Positions 9,713 to 19,712 of a DNA stretch of 64,000 nt are shown here, piece after piece (the first letter of the stretch is position 1; each line of letters starts with the position of its first letter). Under the pieces are notes generated by a model that worked only from the letters and a program-made list of their open reading frames with translations, was not told the DNA's origin and ran no database searches. The position numbers were made by a program, and so were the translations under genes. Location: NCBI RefSeq assembly GCF_030013905.1, contig NZ_CP124862.1:1241051-1305050 (forward strand), read 5' to 3'. This stretch comes from Petroclostridium sp. X23. Lineage in GTDB: Bacteria; Bacillota; Clostridia; SK-Y3.

Positions 9713-11002
9713 CTACAAACAAATATCAGATAACTCCACCTGTACTTTTTTAAGGATATCCGGTTCTGCATTGTATACTAAATAACTATCCACATTCTTT
9801 TGATGTGTTTGCAAGTTATCCGGCAGCTCAACTATAAATTCCGTACCTTTTTTTTCGCTTGTCTTCACAAAAACCTGTCCATCATGCATCTCTACAAGAG
9901 ATTTGACCAGCCATAACCCTATTCCCGCTCCTTCATAATTTCTGGTAAATAAATGGTCTGTCTGTTTGAATTTTTCAAAAATAGCGCTTAGATTATCTTC
10001 TCTTATACAGGGCCCGTCATTCTTTACCGATATATGAACTGCTCCATCCAGCTCTTGTATATTAACTTCTATCGTTCCGCCATCTAAAGTAACTTTTATC
10101 GCATTAGATAATAAATTTAAAATAATCCGTTCAATGGCACTGATATCACAATTAACCATTTTTTGCGGTACATCTGAACGAAAAAAAACCATAATACCTT
10201 TTTTCTCTATAAATTCTTTTACGGATAATGTAAGTGTCTCAATCACCTGTACGATGTTGCACACAGTCCTGTTCAAAGTATAATGGCCGACATCGATATG
10301 AGTAATATCAAGCAAATTATTAATAAGACGCTGAAGCCTATAGCAGTTCTGCATCTGTACTTTTATTCTTTTTAAATATTTTTCTTTATGAGGAGTATCA
10401 TCGTTTTGGATATATATATTCATTAACTGAGTAGTACTTAACAATACATTTAGAGGTGTTCTAAGCTCATGCGATAAATTAGCTAGAAACATACTTTTTG
10501 CCTCATTCGCCGCTTCAGCTTCTTCTTTGGCTTTTCGTAACTCTTCGGTTTGCTGACGTACTTTCTTTTCCAGAAGAAGATTCATATTCCGTTCTTTTTC
10601 GATAAGTTTAAGATATACATTTATTCTATTGATTAATTGGTATTCATCTATGGGTTTAGTAAGGTAATCTACTGCACCAATTTCAAATCCTCTTCTTTTA
10701 AATTCTTCACTTATGTAAGATGCAGTTAAAAAAACAATAGGGATATCTCTTGTCTTCTTTCTTCTTTTTAAGATTGCCGCCAGTTCAAATCCATCCATTT
10801 CATCCATATGTACATCCAATATAATTAAATCTACAGAGTGTTTAAGAAGTACCTTTAGTGCCTTATCTCCACTATTTGCTTCAATAACATCCGCATTAAT
10901 ATATTGTTCGATTAATATCCGTAACGAGAATAAATTATTGTTATTATCATCAACAATTAATATGGTATAAGATGAAGTCTTCTCCATGATCCACTCCTCC
11001 AT
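9713..11002 (-). CDS. Response-regulator-histidine-kinase fusion: N-terminal REC, coiled coil, HisKA, HATPase_c; soluble
   Basis: REC (ILIVDDN...DLIILDVHMDEMDG...K). H-box LANLSHELRTPLN. ATPase G-boxes (NDGPCI; GAGIGLWLV). The likely true start is the second ATG at 10987, which sits behind GGAGGAG. Confidence 0.8.
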   Translation of the reverse strand: MEEWIMEKTSSYTILIVDDNNNNLFSLRILIEQYINADVIEANSGDKALKVLLKHSVDLIILDVHMDEMDGFELAAILKRRKKTRDIPIVFLTASYISEEFKRRGFEIGAVDYLTKPIDEYQLINRINVYLKLIEKERNMNLLLEKKVRQQTEELRKAKEEAEAANEAKSMFLANLSHELRTPLNVLLSTTQLMNIYIQNDDTPHKEKYLKRIKVQMQNCYRLQRLINNLLDITHIDVGHYTLNRTVCNIVQVIETLTLSVKEFIEKKGIMVFFRSDVPQKMVNCDISAIERIILNLLSNAIKVTLDGGTIEVNIQELDGAVHISVKNDGPCIREDNLSAIFEKFKQTDHLFTRNYEGAGIGLWLVKSLVEMHDGQVFVKTSEKKGTEFIVELPDNLQTHQKNVDSYLVYNAEPDILKKVQVELSDICL

Positions 11003-11185
11003 TACAATTATATGTTTTCGACAAATTTCAGCTATTAATCGATGTTATTTTCAAAAATTTATCTTATATACTATTTTATCCTAAAATCCCCAATTGTCAA
11101 ACAATTATCGCTCTTTTTTTTATTAATTTCTACTAAATTGTGTATAATTATTACATAATATGAAAGTCTCATATTGCTCTATTGA

Positions 11186-11389
11186 TCAAAACTTACTTTG
11201 ATGATCCCGTTTTTTTGATCTACACTTGCCATAGTAAATACCGGGGTTGTCTTTTGCCATCCGATTAATGACAGCATCCACATTATAAGTTTTTATATCA
11301 TAATTTACACCCTTTACTGTCAAGGCGAAATCTTTACTATTTAATGCGTTTTTTACCGCATTATAAAAATCACTATAGTTTTTTACCAT
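11186..11389 (-). CDS. Hypothetical small protein. Translationally coupled to the upstream ORF, or its frameshifted C-terminus.
   Basis: ATGA start/stop overlap at 11389-11391. No recognisable motif. Confidence 0.25.
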   Translation of the reverse strand: MVKNYSDFYNAVKNALNSKDFALTVKGVNYDIKTYNVDAVINRMAKDNPGIYYGKCRSKKRDHQSKF

Positions 11390-11676
11390 CAGATTGTTTT
11401 GGATAGTATTTTATTCATATCAGCGTCAGTTAATGCCACTACCTCATTTTTCTTGCCAAACATTTTAACTAAAAGGGTAATACCTGTTTCTCTATTGACA
11501 GCAGTTCCCAAATCCGACTCAAACGATTGTACAGATATTCCATCATAGAGTCCAAGCTGATTTAATAATCTTGCTTCATGCATGTACACAAAACCTTCAG
11601 CAGCCATCGCATTTCCCGTAATCACTAATGTAATTGCTGCTATAAAAATAATAGTTGCATTCCTTAATATCTTCAT
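11389..11676 (-). CDS. Hypothetical secreted protein with a signal peptide and an SLH/Cu-amine-oxidase-N-like segment
   Basis: N-terminal signal peptide (IIFIAAITLVITGNAMA). The stop overlaps the next ORF's start in ATGA. Confidence 0.35.
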   Translation of the reverse strand: MKILRNATIIFIAAITLVITGNAMAAEGFVYMHEARLLNQLGLYDGISVQSFESDLGTAVNRETGITLLVKMFGKKNEVVALTDADMNKILSKTI

Positions 11677-12064
11677 TATTAAACGTACTCCTCAATTTTA
11701 ATAGTAATTACTGAATATTATATAACAGATTTCAAATAAATGCATGGATAAATCCTATGTTCTTAGAAAAACACAGCAAAGACGGTGACTTGCCTTCATA
11801 TTTTATTGCTGCATACAGATATAAAATGAACTTAATGCGCTTATCACCTGAACAACTCAGAAACACAAGACACATCCTCTCACAATCTAAAAAAAGTGGA
11901 AAAGCGATGATTTTGGATGAGGTGACATAATATTTAAGTACTAAGCCTTTAATAAGTCCTGAGAACTACTCAATATGACCCTAAACGTAAGCAATACAAG
12001 ACCTTTTATTCATATCAAAAACTCCATCCTATTGATAGAATGAATATATAGGAAGGAGATTGGT

Positions 12065-13684
12065 ATGCAGCAGAAGAAGGATTTCATCATACAAAATACT
12101 GTACTTATACTATATATACTGTTGGTTTCAACCGTTTCCATTTTTCATGAACCATGGTTTGATGAAGCACAAGCATGGCTGATCGCACGTGATAATACTA
12201 TTTGGGATATCTTATGGCATGTACTGCGTTATGAAGGGCACACGCCTTTATGGCATTTGTCTCTTTATTTGCCCGCGCATATAGGCGTGCCTTACGAGTG
12301 GGGATTAAAACTTATTAATCTCACTTTTGCTTCTTTAGCCGCCGCAATGATTATAAAAAAATCTCCTTTTCCGCTTTTGATGAGACTTCTACTGCCTTTC
12401 ACCTATTTTCCTTTTTATCAATATGGTGTTATCAGCAGGAGCTATTCTCTTCTTTCTTTTATACTCTGGCTTGTGGCAGCTTCTTTTTCATCGCGCAATA
12501 AAAGTCCGATAAAGTTTTCTCTCCTGCTGGCTTTATTGGGCGGAGTCACTTTACATGGAGTACTGATTGCTTTTGGTGTAGCAGTTGCCTGGTTCTTAGA
12601 AATCATCCTTGACCATCATAAAGCCTCACGAAACATGAACAACACAGCCTGCAAGGTCATAGTTGATATCCGATTTTATTCCTTATTACTACTTGGATTG
12701 ATTAATGCCAGCTATCTTGCAATGCTTTGGCCCATGCCTGACAGGTTTACACCGCTCCAGAATCAAGGACTAAATCTTGGGGACTTTATGTTTACTCTTT
12801 TTATTGCACCTCTCAATAGCATTGCAACAGATGTTTGGCCGGGTATTTCAAGCAATTCTATTGAACTGCTGCTATTATTATTTCTAATCGGCACTATTCT
12901 AACTGCCGTTTTTTTGATATATGCCCGGTATAACGGAGTACTGCCGTATGTAGCACTGCCCTATATTTTCACGTCAGCTTTTATGTCGTTTATCTATTTT
13001 TCACTTCACCACTCAGGAATCTATATGCTTATAATATTATTTGGAATATGGCTGATGTTGAGTAACGAGCAACCTTTTAAAACATTAAGGGACAAGCACA
13101 CACGGTGGCATTCTTTTAATACTAAAATAAAAGTTTCTATTATAAGGAAACGTTGTCTTGCAGTATGCATTATGTGTGTATTTTTTGTTCAAATCTATTG
13201 GTCTGCCGCTGCATCAATCAATGATATCAAGCTGCCCTATGTATCGGCAAGAGATGTTGCGTCGTTTATTAAGCAAAACGGAATAGCAGGAAGAAAAATT
13301 TTTAATAGTTACAGCGTCTGGAACGACAAAGTATCCTTCTCTACCCAGAACATTGCATTACTGCCCTACTTTTCAAATAATATTTTTTATAATCACAATC
13401 AAGGGAAAGTAAATATGAGCTTCATCACACATCGTATATGGAGTGATGCTGATGCAATGAATTATTTAAAAAATGCGGATGAACCTGAATTTGTGATTGA
13501 ATATAAATATCCGTTATCCTTTTACTCCGATGTATTAACACCGGATGACTATATCCCAGTCGCATCTTTTGACAGTCATTATATATGGAAGAATCAAATC
13601 AACCATGATACATGTAATATCTATATCCGCAAAGATTTACAAACTCAGTTTCCCCATCTTAACGCTATGATAGGAGGTAATTAG
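12065..13684 (+). CDS. GT-C fold polyprenyl-phosphate-sugar-dependent glycosyltransferase (PMT/ArnT-like integral membrane protein)
   Basis: About 11 TM helices and a C-terminal soluble domain. First extracytoplasmic loop carries the DE motif (HEPWFDEAQAW) typical of GT-C enzymes. RBS GGAAGGAG. Confidence 0.6.
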   Translation: MQQKKDFIIQNTVLILYILLVSTVSIFHEPWFDEAQAWLIARDNTIWDILWHVLRYEGHTPLWHLSLYLPAHIGVPYEWGLKLINLTFASLAAAMIIKKSPFPLLMRLLLPFTYFPFYQYGVISRSYSLLSFILWLVAASFSSRNKSPIKFSLLLALLGGVTLHGVLIAFGVAVAWFLEIILDHHKASRNMNNTACKVIVDIRFYSLLLLGLINASYLAMLWPMPDRFTPLQNQGLNLGDFMFTLFIAPLNSIATDVWPGISSNSIELLLLLFLIGTILTAVFLIYARYNGVLPYVALPYIFTSAFMSFIYFSLHHSGIYMLIILFGIWLMLSNEQPFKTLRDKHTRWHSFNTKIKVSIIRKRCLAVCIMCVFFVQIYWSAAASINDIKLPYVSARDVASFIKQNGIAGRKIFNSYSVWNDKVSFSTQNIALLPYFSNNIFYNHNQGKVNMSFITHRIWSDADAMNYLKNADEPEFVIEYKYPLSFYSDVLTPDDYIPVASFDSHYIWKNQINHDTCNIYIRKDLQTQFPHLNAMIGGN

Positions 13685-13686
13685 AC

Positions 13687-14133
13687 ATGAAAATTGTAAA
13701 TCAATTAAAAAACCTTCATACACTATTTTTCGAATTCATGCGGTATTGTGCAGTAGGAGGTATTGCTTTTATTTGTGACTACTCTATTTTATATGTTTTG
13801 ACAGAGTTTATAGGTGTTTATTATCTTATTTCTACATTTGCAGGTTTTACAGTAGGGATTCTAATCAACTATATACTCTCTCAGAAATGGGTATTTAAAA
13901 ATGTGAAAATCCACGGTTTCCGTCCTTTCTTTACATTCTTAATAATCGGTATTGTTGGCCTCGGAATTACTGAGATATGCATGTGGCTCGGAGTAGAGGC
14001 TGCCAATATGAACTACATGGTAATAAAGGTATTGACAACGGCGATTGTACTACTGTGGAACTATACCGCTAGAAAGACACTTATATTTAGCACTCTTCTT
14101 ATTAACAAACAGATAGAACATAGCTTAGATTAG
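13687..14133 (+). CDS. GtrA-family membrane protein (polyprenyl-phosphate sugar flippase-like)
   Basis: 148 aa with 4 TM helices. N-terminal [16 protein letters not shown] is the GtrA signature. Starts 3 nt after the GT-C gene. Confidence 0.7.
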   Translation: MKIVNQLKNLHTLFFEFMRYCAVGGIAFICDYSILYVLTEFIGVYYLISTFAGFTVGILINYILSQKWVFKNVKIHGFRPFFTFLIIGIVGLGITEICMWLGVEAANMNYMVIKVLTTAIVLLWNYTARKTLIFSTLLINKQIEHSLD

Positions 14134-14150
14134 AATTAGGGGGATTTTAT

Positions 14151-15728
14151 ATGTCAAATATCAAAGATATTATCATCATTGGCGCCGGTCCCGCAGGACT
14201 GACTGCGGCTTATGAGCTATTGAAAAATTCTAAAGAATACCGTGTCACCATTCTTGAAGATACCGATGAAATCGGCGGAATATCACGTACGGTGAATTAT
14301 AAAGGGAATCGTATGGATATAGGCGGACATCGATTTTTTTCAAAAAGCGAGAAAATAATGAATTGGTGGACAAGTCTTCTTCCTATACAAGGAGCTGCTT
14401 CCAAAGATGATTTCATGTTAAACCGTGGGAAAAACTTAAGTGTAGGCGGTCCTGACCCGGAAGTACAGGATAGAGTCATGCTGCTCAGGGATAGAGTATC
14501 ACGCATATATTATTTACGTAAATTTTATGAGTATCCCATCAGCCTAAAACTACAGACTTTTTTTAATATGGGCATCATTAAAACTGCCAGAGCTGGCTGC
14601 AGTTACATGTATTCCTCTGTATTCAAACGCAAGGAGCAATCTCTTGAAGACTTTATGGTAAATCGTTTTGGTTCGGCACTCTACCGTATGTTCTTTGAGA
14701 ATTATACGCAAAAAGTTTGGGGAATCCATCCCTCAAAAATTTCTGCCGAATGGGGAGCCCAGAGAATAAAAGGCTTATCACTGTGCAAAATTCTTATTGA
14801 TTTATTTAAAAAGCCATTTCGCATAAAAAGCGATGTAAAACAAAAAGAGGTAGAAACATCTCTCATAGAACAATTTATTTATCCAAAATACGGCCCAGGC
14901 CAATTGTGGGAAACTGTAGCCGATGAAATCAAACGTATGGGCGGAGAAATTCTTACTGATTGCAGAGTCATTGATATTAATATGAATGATACTATAGTTA
15001 CTTCTGTAAGCTATATACACAATAACCGCAAATATTCCATGGATTGCGATACCCTGCTCTCCTCTATGCCTATCCGTGATTTAATAGGAGGAATGTCCGG
15101 CGCTCAAATTCCTGAAAACGTGACTAAGATAGCCGCAGGTCTTCCTTATAGGGATTTTATAACTGTAGGTTTGCTTGTGAATAGATTGAACTTAAAAAAT
15201 GAAACCAAGATTAAAACCATCGGTAATATCGTCCCTGACTGCTGGATCTATATACAAGAGCCGGATGTCAAAGTAGGCCGGCTGCAAATATTCAATAACT
15301 GGTCACCGTACATGGTTAACGACTTTGAAAATAAAGTTTGGATCGGCTTGGAATACTTCTGCAACGAAGGCGATGAACTTTGGAACACTGATGACACCGA
15401 CTTTATATCCTTTGCTGCTGAAGAGCTCCAAAAAATCGGAATGATCAATAAGTCGGATATTATTGATGCGGTACGTGTCAAAGTCAAAAAAGCATATCCT
15501 GCTTATTTCGGCACCTATGAAGACTTCGACAAAGTGCGGGAGTTTCTGGATGGTTTCGATAATCTCTACTGCATAGGCCGCAACGGGCAGCATAGATACA
15601 ACAATATGGACCATTCCATGCTTACTGCCATGGAAGCTGTAGACAATATCCTTAACCATAGAAAAGATAAAACAAATATTTGGTCGGTCAATACAGAAGA
15701 ACAATACCATGAGAAAAAAACGGTATAA
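14151..15728 (+). CDS. FAD/NAD(P)-binding oxidoreductase (amine-oxidase/protoporphyrinogen-oxidase-like fold)
   Basis: N-terminal Rossmann dinucleotide motif [16 protein letters not shown]...ILE...IGGISRT. 525 aa. Confidence 0.65.
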   Translation: MSNIKDIIIIGAGPAGLTAAYELLKNSKEYRVTILEDTDEIGGISRTVNYKGNRMDIGGHRFFSKSEKIMNWWTSLLPIQGAASKDDFMLNRGKNLSVGGPDPEVQDRVMLLRDRVSRIYYLRKFYEYPISLKLQTFFNMGIIKTARAGCSYMYSSVFKRKEQSLEDFMVNRFGSALYRMFFENYTQKVWGIHPSKISAEWGAQRIKGLSLCKILIDLFKKPFRIKSDVKQKEVETSLIEQFIYPKYGPGQLWETVADEIKRMGGEILTDCRVIDINMNDTIVTSVSYIHNNRKYSMDCDTLLSSMPIRDLIGGMSGAQIPENVTKIAAGLPYRDFITVGLLVNRLNLKNETKIKTIGNIVPDCWIYIQEPDVKVGRLQIFNNWSPYMVNDFENKVWIGLEYFCNEGDELWNTDDTDFISFAAEELQKIGMINKSDIIDAVRVKVKKAYPAYFGTYEDFDKVREFLDGFDNLYCIGRNGQHRYNNMDHSMLTAMEAVDNILNHRKDKTNIWSVNTEEQYHEKKTV

Positions 15729-15750
15729 TACTAAAAATGGAGTGGGCAGG

Positions 15751-15885
15751 TACGAGGCTACTGAAAAAGTGCTTAATTGTTCAGAAATCACACAAGGGGA
15801 CAGGGCCGCAGTCCGGCCAAAAAACAGGCCTGACAGCAGACCAGTCCCCTAGTCTGATTTCTTCTGTTCAAAAAATTGCGACTTT
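15751..15885 (+). repeat. Degenerate copy A of a MITE-like intergenic repeat family
   Basis: tacgaggctactGAAAAAGTGCTTAATTG..., then an internal GGGGAC...GTCCCC stem-loop. Homologous to copies at 17264-17414, 23413-23556 (inverted) and 57934-57993. Confidence 0.5.
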
Positions 15886-15940
15886 ATCAGTGGCCTCGGA
15901 CGGTACTCCCATTCCATCTTTTGTCTACATCATTATTCTA

Positions 15941-17068
15941 TCATTTTGTGGGTTTTTCCTGTTTGGTCCTGTATTCAGCAATCAACAAGTCAACAACTCT
16001 TCCGTAACTCATCTCACCGTCTTTTTGATTGTTAGCTTTTAAATACAAATCATTGGCTTTACTGAAATTTTGTTCAACAGGCCCCTCATATAATGCATTA
16101 TATTCAGAAATTGCCCTAAGATCTCTTTTGATGCCTTCACCATAGTCCACCCTTAAAGTATTGTAAGCTTCTCTATCGTTTTCATACAAAGCATTCATTG
16201 AATGAATAAGTGCCAGAAACACACCCGAATACCGAAAATCATCATCCGGGTGCATACTGCATGTAAAATACGCTATATAATTTGCTTCATCTTCTCTTGC
16301 AAATCCACGCTGATGTGCCATTTCATGACATACCGTAGTCGGAAGCAATGATGCCGGTGTGGTGGTGTTGACATTCGCCTCTGATGTATAAAAGCTATAT
16401 ACTCCCGCTATTCCGGTATAAGCCATAAGCTGTGACAGGAATATTCCCTTCGGAACACCATACTGTCCACCCAGTTCTGCATGTACTTGACTTGCGCGGT
16501 CATATCCCTTATGGGCCCTGTTTAAAACATCTCTAAGTCCTTTTGGAGAACCCATTACACCCTTTGTATCCTCATGTACCCTGCTGCGCAGGTCATTCGC
16601 CCGTGTGATGAGGTCTTCACATAATGCTGCCAATTCCTTAACGGATGCAGGTCTAACGTCCAATTCAAATATCTGAGACACCATCATACGGTTATAGTTT
16701 AATCCCCACATGATAATAAATGAAAAATAAATTACACCGGCTAACGCCAGGCCATTTATGATCCCTTTTTTAAATATCTCCCACCGATTTTCTGTCCCTT
16801 TTACAAATCTTACGCATAAAACAACCAATCTCCATATAATAAAAAGAACGAATGCTATTAGCATCAACTCCGCTACCGAAAACGGAAAAACTCCGGTTAC
16901 TGTGCTGATAGTTTGGGAAAACCATTTATAACTTATATTAGAATATATTCGCTCAGTAATAGTGCTATTTAAAGATGAAGTATAATTTAATAACATTCCT
17001 ATGGGTAAAAGCAAAATCAATAAGCACTTCATCAGCAAGCTGGTTTTTTTCATTCTCCCACTCCTCAT
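15941..17068 (-). CDS. DUF3810-family membrane protein with an HExxH motif (putative zinc metallopeptidase)
   Basis: N-terminal TM helices and the HEMAHQRGF motif. Confidence 0.6.
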   Translation of the reverse strand: MRSGRMKKTSLLMKCLLILLLPIGMLLNYTSSLNSTITERIYSNISYKWFSQTISTVTGVFPFSVAELMLIAFVLFIIWRLVVLCVRFVKGTENRWEIFKKGIINGLALAGVIYFSFIIMWGLNYNRMMVSQIFELDVRPASVKELAALCEDLITRANDLRSRVHEDTKGVMGSPKGLRDVLNRAHKGYDRASQVHAELGGQYGVPKGIFLSQLMAYTGIAGVYSFYTSEANVNTTTPASLLPTTVCHEMAHQRGFAREDEANYIAYFTCSMHPDDDFRYSGVFLALIHSMNALYENDREAYNTLRVDYGEGIKRDLRAISEYNALYEGPVEQNFSKANDLYLKANNQKDGEMSYGRVVDLLIAEYRTKQEKPTK

Positions 17069-17263
17069 ATGATTCTATTATATTTAGAACAGTTTCGTCA
17101 ATCTTTTTCCATTCATTGATTACATTAAAATCATTCTCCCTATAGGGTGGTTTTTGCTTTACAGTCTTTATGGTAACCTTTCTTCACAAAAAAGGACTAT
17201 GCTCCTACCTTAATTCCTTTACTGTCTGAGCATAATCCTTCAGCATACCATATTACATAAGGC

Positions 17264-17414
17264 TATAGGAGGTTGTGAAAAAGTGCTTGATTGATCAGTC
17301 GCAAAGCATGGGGACGGACCTGCAGCTTCCCTAAAGAGCAAGCGCAGCAGTAGGTCCGTCCCCATGCTTCACTCCTTCTGCGTGCTAAATTTGATTTTTT
17401 CACAACCTCCTATA
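17264..17414 (+). repeat. Copy B (most complete) of the MITE-like repeat. 19-bp terminal inverted repeats flank a 22-bp GC-rich stem-loop.
   Basis: Left end TATAGGAGGTTGTGAAAAAGtgcttgattg. Right end aaatttgaTTTTTTCACAACCTCCTATA. Internal ggggacggacc...ggtccgtcccc. Confidence 0.65.
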
Positions 17415-18945
17415 TTTCTTTATTAATTTCTATATCATTATTGTCTACATTAACATCTTCTGTCATTCTGCTTTCCACATTATTATTGTCCGAATTGATC
17501 TCTTCTATGATTTTACTTTTTGCAATTGCCCTGGTATTGCTATTTGGGGTTTCATTTGTATTCTTTTTGTTGGACAGCAAATCTACTAGATTAACTCCGG
17601 TCAGCGCCTCCATTGTTTCAGGCAGCTGTGAAATAATATCAGTAATATACCCTGTGACTTTTGAAGCACCTTTTCCCTTCCCTTGACCATTTCCATTATC
17701 AACAATAACAATCTTTTCAGTTTTAGATAGTGGTTCGGATATGGCTCTCGAAATTTCAGGAAGCTTTTCTACAATCATTTGTGCCATCGCCGCTTCACCA
17801 TATTGCTTGAATGCTTCTGCTTTTAATTTCATAGCCTCCGCCTCTGCCTTACCTTTTTCTCTGATGATATCTACTTCAGCCATTCCTTCCGCCTTTTTAG
17901 CTTCGGCTTTTGCTCTACCTTCCAGTTTAATTGCTTCCGCTCTCGCTTCAGCATCCTGAATTTCTTTATACTTGATAGCTTCCGCCTGCTTTTCAGTCAT
18001 ATATTTATCTGCATCAGCCTGCTTTTTAATAGTCGCTTCAAGTTCTTTTTCTTTTCTAACCGCTTCTCTTTCAGCAATATCGATTTCCCTGTTTCTTCTT
18101 AAAAGTTCAACCTCCAGCTCGGTTTCGGTTACTTCTTTTGTAACCTTGTTTTCTTCGATCTTATATGCCAAATCAGCTTGTGCTTTAGCTGTTTGCTGTT
18201 CTTTTTGATACCCTTGGACTTTTAATTCCTTTTCTTTTGTAGCTTCGGCTATTTGCGTCTCCGCGCGCAGTTTTGCCTCTGCGCCCAATCTGTCGGCTTC
18301 TGCCGTTTTTATCGTTGTCTCCTTCCTTGCTTCAGCTTCAGCGATTAGAGCATCTCTCTTTACTTCTGCAATTCTTTTCTTCCCAAGGGCTTCCAAATAT
18401 CCGTTTATATCGCTTATGTCCCTGATAGTAAGCGCTTTTATTTCCAGACCCATTTCCGCAAGATCAACAGCTGCAACTTCCTGAACTGCTGATGCAAATT
18501 TTTCTCTATCCTTATAAATATCTTCCACCGTCATTTTGGAAACGATTTCTCTCAGTTTACCTTCCAAAACATCTTTTGACGTATCTTTGATAACCTCAAT
18601 GGTCCCTTGTTCATGTCCCGTATTAAATTGTTCTACAGCCGCAAGGATACTTTCAGTATCCGACTTGACCTTAATAACTGCTACACCATCAGCAATAATG
18701 GCAACCCCTTGCTCCGTCAGCGCACCATCAATACGTACTTCGATTTTCATATTTTCTAAGGAAATAATGTCCGTTTTTTCCAACAACGGTATCACAAATC
18801 CGCCACCGCCGGAAATAACTCTCTTTTTAAGGCCGGTAACAACTAAAGCCTTATCTTGTGAGACTTTTCTCCACATAGACAGAATCCCTAATAACAAAAG
18901 AACGATTACACCGATGATGCTGATAGGAATAATAAATAATTCCAC
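17410..18945 (-). CDS. floT: Flotillin-family SPFH protein
   Basis: N-terminal TM helix, SPFH domain, long Ala/Glu/Lys-rich coiled coil (EA repeats). 511 aa. Partnered with the upstream NfeD gene, as in the B. subtilis yuaF-floT pair. Confidence 0.75.
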   Translation of the reverse strand: MELFIIPISIIGVIVLLLLGILSMWRKVSQDKALVVTGLKKRVISGGGGFVIPLLEKTDIISLENMKIEVRIDGALTEQGVAIIADGVAVIKVKSDTESILAAVEQFNTGHEQGTIEVIKDTSKDVLEGKLREIVSKMTVEDIYKDREKFASAVQEVAAVDLAEMGLEIKALTIRDISDINGYLEALGKKRIAEVKRDALIAEAEARKETTIKTAEADRLGAEAKLRAETQIAEATKEKELKVQGYQKEQQTAKAQADLAYKIEENKVTKEVTETELEVELLRRNREIDIAEREAVRKEKELEATIKKQADADKYMTEKQAEAIKYKEIQDAEARAEAIKLEGRAKAEAKKAEGMAEVDIIREKGKAEAEAMKLKAEAFKQYGEAAMAQMIVEKLPEISRAISEPLSKTEKIVIVDNGNGQGKGKGASKVTGYITDIISQLPETMEALTGVNLVDLLSNKKNTNETPNSNTRAIAKSKIIEEINSDNNNVESRMTEDVNVDNNDIEINKEI

Positions 18946-19505
18946 TATACCCTCTCCTTTACTTTAATGTCATTTAACTGCGCTACATAAAAGGTATTCT
19001 TCTCTATTTTATGAATGATCACTTCCTTTCCTGCCCCTATATACCTATTATCAATATCTCTACAGGGAGCAGTATACTTGTTGCCATTAAACATATATGA
19101 AATAGTACCAAAGCCTTTCTCCATAATAGGAGATATGACTTTCGCCGGTGTACCGATCAGATACCGGTGTGAAGCTATCTTTTGATTATCCTGTATTTTA
19201 TATAAAGGTACGAGAACCAACCTGAAAAGTATGAACGCAATGATGAAACCCGAAAAAACCGCAGCAATAAATATGACATATGAACTCCATCCCCGGTAAC
19301 TTCCAAGCCATCCCACGCCGCCAAATACGGTAATAAAAGACATAATTACAATAGGCTTTAGTGGCGAAATATTTAACCATGGCACATCTACGCCCGGGTC
19401 AATGTCACCGCCCAAATCAAAAGAATCCAGAAAACTGCCCAGTATGGAAGATAATAGAGTATACGATACTCCTATTATAAAAAGAATTTGATAAGCCCGG
19501 AGCAT
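18945..19505 (-). CDS. NfeD-family membrane protein (YuaF-like flotillin partner)
   Basis: Three TM helices plus a C-terminal OB-fold-like soluble domain. Overlaps the flotillin start by 1 nt. Confidence 0.65.
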   Translation of the reverse strand: MLRAYQILFIIGVSYTLLSSILGSFLDSFDLGGDIDPGVDVPWLNISPLKPIVIMSFITVFGGVGWLGSYRGWSSYVIFIAAVFSGFIIAFILFRLVLVPLYKIQDNQKIASHRYLIGTPAKVISPIMEKGFGTISYMFNGNKYTAPCRDIDNRYIGAGKEVIIHKIEKNTFYVAQLNDIKVKERV

Positions 19506-19680
19506 TTGACCCCTCCTTCGTATTCCGGTTTTTGACCGTCATTGCCATTAATAGAGACTAATTTAGTACTGCATTATTAAGACTGAAAAAACAAAAAAAG
19601 GTTCCATCTTTGTGATAAAAAATTTGAGAAAAATATCCGGATGTTTCGCGCTTATTCTTATTCCGGCAGATAAGTAGGTA

Positions 19681-19711
19681 TAAAAAACGAATGGGAGTGA
19701 TATCCCATTCG
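19681..19711 (-). terminator. Intrinsic terminator after the paaK-like gene
   Basis: Minus strand: aacgaatggga-tatcac-tcccattcgtt followed by TTTTTAT. Confidence 0.6.
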
Positions 19712-19712
19712 T

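Noticed and set aside
15737-16042. 101-aa plus-strand ORF
   Set aside because: It overlaps MITE-like repeat copy A and the 3' end of the convergent DUF3810 gene. Low-complexity translation.
17972-18208. Ala/Ser-rich plus-strand ORFs (17741..17959, 17972..18208) inside flotillin
   Set aside because: They are mirror images of the flotillin Ala/Glu/Lys coiled-coil codons (GCT and GCA rich). Non-coding.
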